From positions 96,001-160,000 of IMG/VR virus record IMGVR_UViG_3300010885_055964: a stretch of 64,000 nt of DNA; one strand, given 5' to 3'. The DNA comes from a virus. The notes beneath the pieces were generated by a model. That model ran no database searches. It saw only the letters and a program-made list of their open reading frames with translations, and was not told the DNA's origin. Made by a program: the position numbers and the translations under genes. Below, in pieces: positions 58,020 through 64,000 of this stretch; the stretch's first letter is position 1; the number at the start of each line of letters is the position of its first letter.

Positions 58020-58068
58020 TATGGTCTGTAATGCCTTCTGTGGTAGAGAAGGATTAATGGTTAGCAGT

Positions 58069-58099
58069 GGTCAAATATAACGAAAAGGAGAATAATATG
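58069..58099 (+). repeat. 31-nt promoter/RBS cassette, copy 1
   Basis: GGTCAAATATAACGAAAAGGAGAATAATATG matches 61536-61566 with a single mismatch. Confidence 0.85.
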
Positions 58100-58255
58100 A
58101 TACGGAATGGCGACCACAATGAATTCTGTAGTTTCGTATTCAACAGCACAGCTCCAAATAGATATGAAATGGTGCTGGAGTTATCTAAATATAAGAAGGT
58201 AGATTGTTATGAGGAGTATGCAAATGTCCTATGTGGTAACACATTGGCAAGGTGA
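58097..58255 (+). CDS. Small hypothetical protein (52 aa)
   Basis: Strong SD AAGGAG and ATG inside the repeated cassette. Confidence 0.5.
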   Translation: MIRNGDHNEFCSFVFNSTAPNRYEMVLELSKYKKVDCYEEYANVLCGNTLAR

Positions 58256-58314
58256 GTATAGATGGTTAACGATATGAATGTTGCAAAAATCAAATATATA
58301 TAAAAGGATCTTCT

Positions 58315-61300
58315 ATGAGAATAGGTATTATTGCAGAAGGCCCACGAGATGATACTAAATCATTATTATATAATAGGTTAGTCCAACGGGTGAAGTTGGC
58401 CGGATATCACTTTAAACCAATCAACTACCGCAGCACATATAATCCCGTGGCGTGGTTTGCCAGGGTGGTACCAGACGATCCCGAGCTAGAGAAGGCGATG
58501 GGGCATGGGAACGTGATAGACATAGGTATTGTCAATGGTGAGCCAGGTCTGCGTGTGCAACAAATGGGTCATGCCACTACTTGGGAGCAATTAGAAAAGC
58601 TTATAAAACTGCGTATTGAGCGGGAAAAACGGCTATATAGTAAGGGTGCTGCATCGGTTACCAAGGCAAAGGGAATCATAGATATTCTCGATGGTTGCTG
58701 GTCTAAAAACTCTTCTACAGGCATGGTCGGTGGGTTAGTTCAGACCAAAGTTAATGATTCAGGTAGTGGGGTAATTTATCGTAATTATCTCGGTGGGTTA
58801 GTTCAGACACCAGTTAATGATTCAGGTAGTGGGGTAATTTATCGTCATTATCATTTTTCTACTCCTCAATTATCACATGCCGATTTTGAAGGGATTAGTG
58901 TATCGATAAAGGGGGCAATTATAGTACCATTGCAAGTAGCTCGTGCAGCATCTACAGTATTTGAATACACTGCCACCGTCCGGATGTCCGTAGGGCCTAT
59001 AGCCGACGGGAAATATCATGAAATAACACTAAGCATGCATTCGAAAGTACACCCGTCTAATATAACTACATTGTTTTCCACTGAGTCTACGAAAGCGGAA
59101 GAGAGTTTACGCCAGATATCGATATCGAAGTTCAATATAAATAACAATTATCATACGTGGCCATCGGTCCGTGAGATTACTGATCTATCAAAACACATCA
59201 CACAATATGGTGTGAAGATATATGTGCCGAATAATGATCTAAAAGATTATGTAAACAAAAATGTCTTGCGTGTGCTGCAAATGTTGGTTACTGGGGTGAG
59301 AATGCCAGAAATTGATATACCCCAATCCATGGCTGAATTGAGTAGAGTGCTGCGTTCTTATCGGGCTGAGGATGAATGGTATCAACCTATAAAAGCCAAA
59401 ATCGAGGATTACCTGCCAACCTACGATCCTAATTCTGGCACGGTCAGCCGCCAAATGTCAGCTAATTCTGACGAGTTAAATTTATCGATGAACACAGATT
59501 ACGGTCGCGTCAAAGTCAAGCTTGATCGTCCTGATGATACAGGCATGCATTTGATCAAAATAGAACCTGAACAGACCGATGGTATAACTGATGACAAGCA
59601 TCTTACTGCCAAGATCACATCTGAACAAGCGTTGGATTTTTTCGATACAGTTAACTCGATGCTCGAAAAAAGCATTGTGGGAGAGAATTACAGACGAAAA
59701 CTAGATATGATTTTTGAAGATGATTATGACGATATCGGGGAAGATCTTACCGCCCAAATTAAAGAGGTCCTCAAGGACGCGATTCGGAAACACCCAGAGA
59801 TTCAAGTGAAACGAAGTAACTACGTTCAGAAGGGCAATTTACACGGTCTGTTTACACTCTCTCACCCTAATGCCAAAAGATCCTTAGATATCTTGGATAA
59901 TGGCAATCTGGTGGTTGGTTCTTACGGTAGCAAAAAGAGAGAGGTGAATACAGATGCGGAACTTGAGGCGGCCATCGACGACTGGGTAACTGGCAAAACA
60001 AGGAAAGCTCCTCGTGGTCCTGCGGCTCCTCCAACAGATCGGAACCTTAACCAAATTAAACAGGTAAGCAAAAGAACAGGACGCGTTGTTGAGGTGCCAA
60101 TATCTTCCTTCTTCCCATACAACGTGCATCGATTGAATAAAAAGATACCGGGGGTACTAGTCTCCAAAGGCAAGCCATTCACCCTCGCTATAAGTGCCAG
60201 AGACATAGACATACCAAGTGAAATATTTAGCAGTATGGATTTGCATCGTTTCAGCAAAGTCATCAAATCTCCTCAGGACATAGACCAAGGTCCCTCGTAC
60301 AAGCACCTAGGTTGGATAGGCGGTACCGTCGACGGTACTAGCATGCACATTGACGAGGTCCAGTCAGACCTAATGCAGCGTACTATAGAAATGACTAATC
60401 AGGAACAATTTGACATAAAGAATACTAAAACTATCGAAGATATCAAGTCTATGATTGGTCAGAAGCGGCGAGAATTAGCTACAATGAAGCGTGAGTACCA
60501 GCTAGCTCCGGTCAGTCACCGCCTCAGATTAGCTCAGGATATTAATCATGCGGTAAAAGAATTAAAGACTGCTCAAAACAACGCAGCACGGAGATATAAA
60601 CTAACCGATTTTTCGCAATTCAAATCAAAGGTCGAGAATTTTTACAAGAACTGGATAGATGCCTTCTACCATGCTTGTTTTAATTATGCCCGCAAGAATG
60701 GAGTCACAGATGTTTACATTATCTCTAGTGCTATGATCAGTAAAATTTGGAGCAAGGCAAGAGGGAAAGAAGAAGAGGAAGGGAGCATATATTACCGGGC
60801 TTATGACAAGGTTGCCCAAAATCTGGGTGCTGAGAAGGTTGATGACAAATGGTGGCATATTAAATTGGATAAAATCACGCAACGTGAAGCGAAGGATCTC
60901 GAGCTGATTTCGTCGTTGCTTACCGAACATGTGCTGTTGGAATGGGATGGGGTCGACATACGACGAATACTACAATGGTTGGAGCACGCTGGTTTTACCG
61001 TTAGCGAGATCCACGGTGCACATCAGGAAGGAGACTTTAGAAACCTCAGTATGATGGTCTCCAAGATTATCGATGGTCAGGCGATAACGACTCAAGAATA
61101 TACTGATATCAATCCTGAGCAGTTACAGAGGGCACTCAGTTTCGTGCAGTACGACGTTTCAGCAACACCGGTAGAGGAGAACGAGTACGAAGTTGAAGAA
61201 TTAAAGCGTGACGCAGCGATATTAATTACTGCGTACAAGATGATTGGCGATATTCCTTGTGGTATCGCAATCGCGAGTATGGAAGACCCTAACATGGAAA

Positions 61301-61473
61301 TGTTTGTACACGAGCCAGAGAGTGCTGGTATAGGGTACGGCGGGGTGGATTTATTAAATAATCCTGGTTATGAGGAAGAGAAATATCAGGATGATCAAAT
61401 GACCGATGCCGATCTGTTTGGCTTATCACCCGAAGAAATGGACGACATATGGGATCGGCACGGTAATACTTAG
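58315..61473 (+). CDS. Large multi-segment protein, probably packaged and injected (polyvalent-type)
   Basis: 1052 aa; contains MHIDEVQSD.MQ followed by W....Y..A...G...YD, resembling the EIQSD domain of large phage internal proteins; acidic tail. Confidence 0.45.
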   Translation: MRIGIIAEGPRDDTKSLLYNRLVQRVKLAGYHFKPINYRSTYNPVAWFARVVPDDPELEKAMGHGNVIDIGIVNGEPGLRVQQMGHATTWEQLEKLIKLRIEREKRLYSKGAASVTKAKGIIDILDGCWSKNSSTGMVGGLVQTKVNDSGSGVIYRNYLGGLVQTPVNDSGSGVIYRHYHFSTPQLSHADFEGISVSIKGAIIVPLQVARAASTVFEYTATVRMSVGPIADGKYHEITLSMHSKVHPSNITTLFSTESTKAEESLRQISISKFNINNNYHTWPSVREITDLSKHITQYGVKIYVPNNDLKDYVNKNVLRVLQMLVTGVRMPEIDIPQSMAELSRVLRSYRAEDEWYQPIKAKIEDYLPTYDPNSGTVSRQMSANSDELNLSMNTDYGRVKVKLDRPDDTGMHLIKIEPEQTDGITDDKHLTAKITSEQALDFFDTVNSMLEKSIVGENYRRKLDMIFEDDYDDIGEDLTAQIKEVLKDAIRKHPEIQVKRSNYVQKGNLHGLFTLSHPNAKRSLDILDNGNLVVGSYGSKKREVNTDAELEAAIDDWVTGKTRKAPRGPAAPPTDRNLNQIKQVSKRTGRVVEVPISSFFPYNVHRLNKKIPGVLVSKGKPFTLAISARDIDIPSEIFSSMDLHRFSKVIKSPQDIDQGPSYKHLGWIGGTVDGTSMHIDEVQSDLMQRTIEMTNQEQFDIKNTKTIEDIKSMIGQKRRELATMKREYQLAPVSHRLRLAQDINHAVKELKTAQNNAARRYKLTDFSQFKSKVENFYKNWIDAFYHACFNYARKNGVTDVYIISSAMISKIWSKARGKEEEEGSIYYRAYDKVAQNLGAEKVDDKWWHIKLDKITQREAKDLELISSLLTEHVLLEWDGVDIRRILQWLEHAGFTVSEIHGAHQEGDFRNLSMMVSKIIDGQAITTQEYTDINPEQLQRALSFVQYDVSATPVEENEYEVEELKRDAAILITAYKMIGDIPCGIAIASMEDPNMEMFVHEPESAGIGYGGVDLLNNPGYEEEKYQDDQMTDADLFGLSPEEMDDIWDRHGNT
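58727..58852 (+). repeat. 63-nt in-frame tandem duplication (21 aa)
   Basis: GGLVQTKVNDSGSGVIYRNY and GGLVQTPVNDSGSGVIYRHY; copies at 58727-58789 and 58790-58852. Confidence 0.92.
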
Positions 61474-61535
61474 GATTTTGGCTAGTGAGACTAATATTCC
61501 TATGAAGCTATTATGTTCGATTCGATAGTCGAGAA

Positions 61536-61566
61536 GGTCAAATAAAACGAAAAGGAGAATAATATG
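61536..61566 (+). repeat. 31-nt promoter/RBS cassette, copy 2
   Basis: GGTCAAATAAAACGAAAAGGAGAATAATATG. Confidence 0.85.
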
Positions 61567-62136
61567 CCATACAAAGTGGTTAAATCAGGTAGTGGTTACA
61601 AGGTGCGGAATAGTGATACAGGCAAGACATATAGCCGCAAGCCTCATAAAACCAAGGCTAAAGCATTAGCACAAATGCGAGCTATATATGCTAACACTAA
61701 TGAGTCTAGAGTGATAAATCCGCTAGTTCGCAAATTAGAGGAAGCTATGGACATGCGTGGTATATCGCCTGTTATTCCACATTTAGATGCTTTCACTAGT
61801 GCATATATGGATACGGCACTATGGTCTAGCATTGATAATGGTCATCCTTTAGACCGTGGATATGATATTCGTGATATATCTGATGAGACTAAGGCAGAGA
61901 TGATTGCTGACTGTGCCGATTTTCAGGAATCTGCTAAACCATGGCTCATGAAGTCGGATAAAAGAGATGCTGATGCCCAGGCTGGCAAAGATTTTTGGTT
62001 AACAAGAAATGGACATGGTGCTGGATTTTGGGATGGTAGTTGGGGCAAAGAGGCTGGTGTGGCATTAACTAAATTAGCTAAGTCTTTCGGTGTTATGGAT
62101 TTATATGTGGGTGATGATGGTAAGATTTATAGTTGA
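61564..62136 (+). CDS. Conserved phage protein (basic N-terminal module + DFWLTRNGHGAGFWD domain)
   Basis: SD AAGGAG; recognisable AG.DFWLTRNGHGAGFWD...GDDG.IY motif of unknown function. Confidence 0.65.
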   Translation: MPYKVVKSGSGYKVRNSDTGKTYSRKPHKTKAKALAQMRAIYANTNESRVINPLVRKLEEAMDMRGISPVIPHLDAFTSAYMDTALWSSIDNGHPLDRGYDIRDISDETKAEMIADCADFQESAKPWLMKSDKRDADAQAGKDFWLTRNGHGAGFWDGSWGKEAGVALTKLAKSFGVMDLYVGDDGKIYS

Positions 62137-62198
62137 TACGATCATATCGCTACGATTAAAAAGCCAGATCCATGTAAATTGGCCATGAGTCATATTAT

Positions 62199-63011
62199 AT
62201 GTTTATGCGTGGTAAATGTTTGGTAGTTCACCCTCTTGGTGGCTTTGGCAATAGGATGTTAGCGATATTCTCAGGTATAAGAGAATTGGCTTTATCTAGG
62301 TATGATGCTATTATTATCAAATGGGATATTGATAGTAACTGTAATATTAATGTGTTAGATGTTTTTACTTTTAGAAACGATATTATCATAGATACTACCG
62401 ACAAGTATAAGATCACTAACATAGGTGGGTATAATCAGATTATTGAAAGTGGATGGTATGATTATATCAGAACATCGACACTTTTTGACAGCCATGTACC
62501 AGTCGACGTAGAATATATTGTAGGTTGGCTTAAGGCGAATCTTCACGATCATTTAATATTTAAGTTAGTTAGACCAGACAAAGAGACAATTGGAATACAT
62601 TGTAGGAGAGGTGATTGGGGCAGAGCTGATAATAATTGTAGAGAAGTAATCAACCTGGAGGATATTCAATATAATCATTTATTACTAGACTTGGCATTTT
62701 TTGAATACATAAAGAAGTATGAAGATACAACAATATTTATCAGCACAGATTCAGCAAGTACTTTAGCATTTTTCAGACATCAGTTCAAGGATCGATTATT
62801 TTATAATAAGAAGGTCGAATACAGTTACACCACTACAAAGTCACCTCGATCAATGATTGAGGCTATAGAAGATTTAACATCTCTAGCGGCGTGTAAGTTA
62901 ATAATTCGTGACTCTCATAGTACATTTTCATTGGTTGCTAGTATTCTAGGCTGTAAGCCTTTGGATTCATGGGATAGGCCAGTATTGATTTACTCTGGTT
63001 CAGGGCTATAA
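62199..63011 (+). CDS. Fucosyltransferase-like glycosyltransferase (GT11/GT23/NodZ-type)
   Basis: GGFGNR, IGIHCRRGD, IFISTD and DL..L..C..I....STFS motifs. Confidence 0.8.
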   Translation: MFMRGKCLVVHPLGGFGNRMLAIFSGIRELALSRYDAIIIKWDIDSNCNINVLDVFTFRNDIIIDTTDKYKITNIGGYNQIIESGWYDYIRTSTLFDSHVPVDVEYIVGWLKANLHDHLIFKLVRPDKETIGIHCRRGDWGRADNNCREVINLEDIQYNHLLLDLAFFEYIKKYEDTTIFISTDSASTLAFFRHQFKDRLFYNKKVEYSYTTTKSPRSMIEAIEDLTSLAACKLIIRDSHSTFSLVASILGCKPLDSWDRPVLIYSGSGL

Positions 63012-63100
63012 AGTGTGGCGATACTAAGCACATGTATTTTAATGTGAGTGCTGATCGTGTGGTCAGCTGCGATTTAAAGGAACCTATCAGGGAGGATCTA

Positions 63101-63472
63101 ATGCGTGGTTTATTAGTATTGGTTTTAATCTGTGTGTGCAGTGTTGCCGAAGCTCGTCCTAGACGGGTTTATAATTCTGGGTCCACATCTGCGGGTCAGT
63201 CAGCTAATAACTTCACGTATACTTCTAACACTACTTCTAGTGCTAACATTGGAAGTAGTGACCAGGAGAGGTGCCAGGCAGAAGCTAATTACATGGCAGC
63301 TAATAATATAACTGGCCATGTTTGGGGGTGCATCGGAAGTTTTGAGGGGGTTGGTTATGGTTCTAGTCCTAACTGCAACACGTGCACACCTTCGAGTCGC
63401 ATGAATAATACTGGCGATGCCTCTGCCCAAGGCCGCAATGGCATGTGGTATAGGGTCAGAAGCTGGCGGTAG
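63101..63472 (+). CDS. Small secreted protein with a minimal CAP/SCP-like core
   Basis: SD GGAGG; signal-peptide-like N-terminus (LLVLVLICVCSVAEA); A.YMA....GH...G..EGVG...C..C...G.WY pattern. Confidence 0.55.
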   Translation: MRGLLVLVLICVCSVAEARPRRVYNSGSTSAGQSANNFTYTSNTTSSANIGSSDQERCQAEANYMAANNITGHVWGCIGSFEGVGYGSSPNCNTCTPSSRMNNTGDASAQGRNGMWYRVRSWR

Positions 63473-63532
63473 TCAGATCGGTATATAATCGATCGGAGGC
63501 TGACGCTGAGCCAGTTGACGATTGGTATGGTG

Positions 63533-63603
63533 TGCCTGATGGTGTAACGGTAGCACAAAGGATTTTGGTTCCTTTTGTCTAGGTTCGAATCCTAGTCAGG
63601 CAA
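63533..63603 (+). tRNA. trnQ: tRNA-Gln(TTG), CCA not encoded
   Basis: Acceptor stem TGCCTGA/TCAGGCA; D arm GTG-TAACGGTAG-CAC; anticodon arm AAGGA-TTTTGGT-TCCTT with TTG at 63565-63567; T arm CTAGG-TTCGAAT-CCTAG. Confidence 0.95.
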
Positions 63604-63644
63604 TTGTTCAACTGTTTCTTAACTATTACACAGGAGTTAATATA

Positions 63645-63830
63645 ATGTTAAAGATATTTAATGCATTTCAGATGGTTGCAATGTTTGCCTTTGCCCCATT
63701 TGGTATCCAATATCTGGCTAATGCGTCTTTTCCATTTCAAGCTGCAGCTCTTTGGATTGGTATAATCATATATCTTGTGTTTTTCGTGATAATGTGGGTA
63801 TGCATTGTAGCCGCAATCGAAAAGCAGTAA
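63645..63830 (+). CDS. Small two-TM membrane protein
   Basis: SD CAGGAG; two hydrophobic stretches. Confidence 0.65.
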   Translation: MLKIFNAFQMVAMFAFAPFGIQYLANASFPFQAAALWIGIIIYLVFFVIMWVCIVAAIEKQ

Positions 63831-63842
63831 CATAGGTGAAAT

Positions 63843-64000
63843 ATGTACCTGTTTATCGACACAGAAACCGGAGGTATAACTACGGATTATAGTTTATTAT
63901 CTATTACGGCTATCGTAACAGATAAACATTTTAATGTGGTACCTGTGGTCGATTATCCGAATGGCATCCAATTATTCATTAAGTCTCCAAAATATGTAGT
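63843..64000 (+). CDS. DEDD 3'-5' exonuclease, 3'-partial
   Basis: MYLFIDTETGG (ExoI motif); SD AGGTG; the frame is open to the window end. Confidence 0.75.
   Translation, partial: MYLFIDTETGGITTDYSLLSITAIVTDKHFNVVPVVDYPNGIQLFIKSPKYV

Noticed and set aside
54879-58852. CRISPR array suggested by the short repeats
   Set aside because: The repeats are in-frame tandem units within genes, with no spacers and no cas genes.
63476-63494. GATCG-GTATATAAT-CGATC hairpin/TATAAT upstream of the tRNA
   Set aside because: The stem is only 5 bp and there is no matching -35; it could be the tRNA promoter, but support is insufficient.
63648-63833. Minus-strand ORF mirroring the 63645 gene
   Set aside because: The plus-strand ORF has the SD and a coherent membrane-protein pattern; the minus ORF is its shadow.
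1-64000. Alternative genetic code (stop-codon recoding, seen in some large phages)
   Set aside because: Conserved genes (sheath, RNR, terminase, portal, capsid) read full-length in code 11, and TAA, TAG and TGA all serve as stops.

Overview
This 64 kb window is the virion-morphogenesis region of a large, AT-rich, T4-like contractile-tailed phage. It reads in the standard genetic code and is almost all on the + strand. Gene order: tail-fibre/appendage cluster, including a visibly GC-rich cassette at about 2.1-7.3 kb; neck and tail terminator; sheath; three tube paralogues; gp26/gp51-like chaperones; a PAS-domain operon; primase; a 1603-aa tape measure; baseplate; class II ribonucleotide reductase with an intein; UvsW-like helicase; a sigma-like factor; large terminase with an intein; a holin-like gene plus papain-family peptidase; portal; a large acidic head protein; prohead protease; scaffold; major capsid; a large injected-type protein; glycosyltransferase; a small secreted protein; tRNA-Gln; and the start of a DEDD exonuclease. 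The strongest leads are two paralogous fusions of an endonuclease with a Mom-like GNAT domain flanking the capsid genes, a stand-alone PAS sensor operon, a sulfotransferase-like gene among the fibre genes, a candidate +1/-2 frameshift between the tail chaperones, and a recurring CAAAWATA promoter-like motif with a candidate cognate sigma factor. All family calls come from motif recognition by eye; no database search or GC computation was run.
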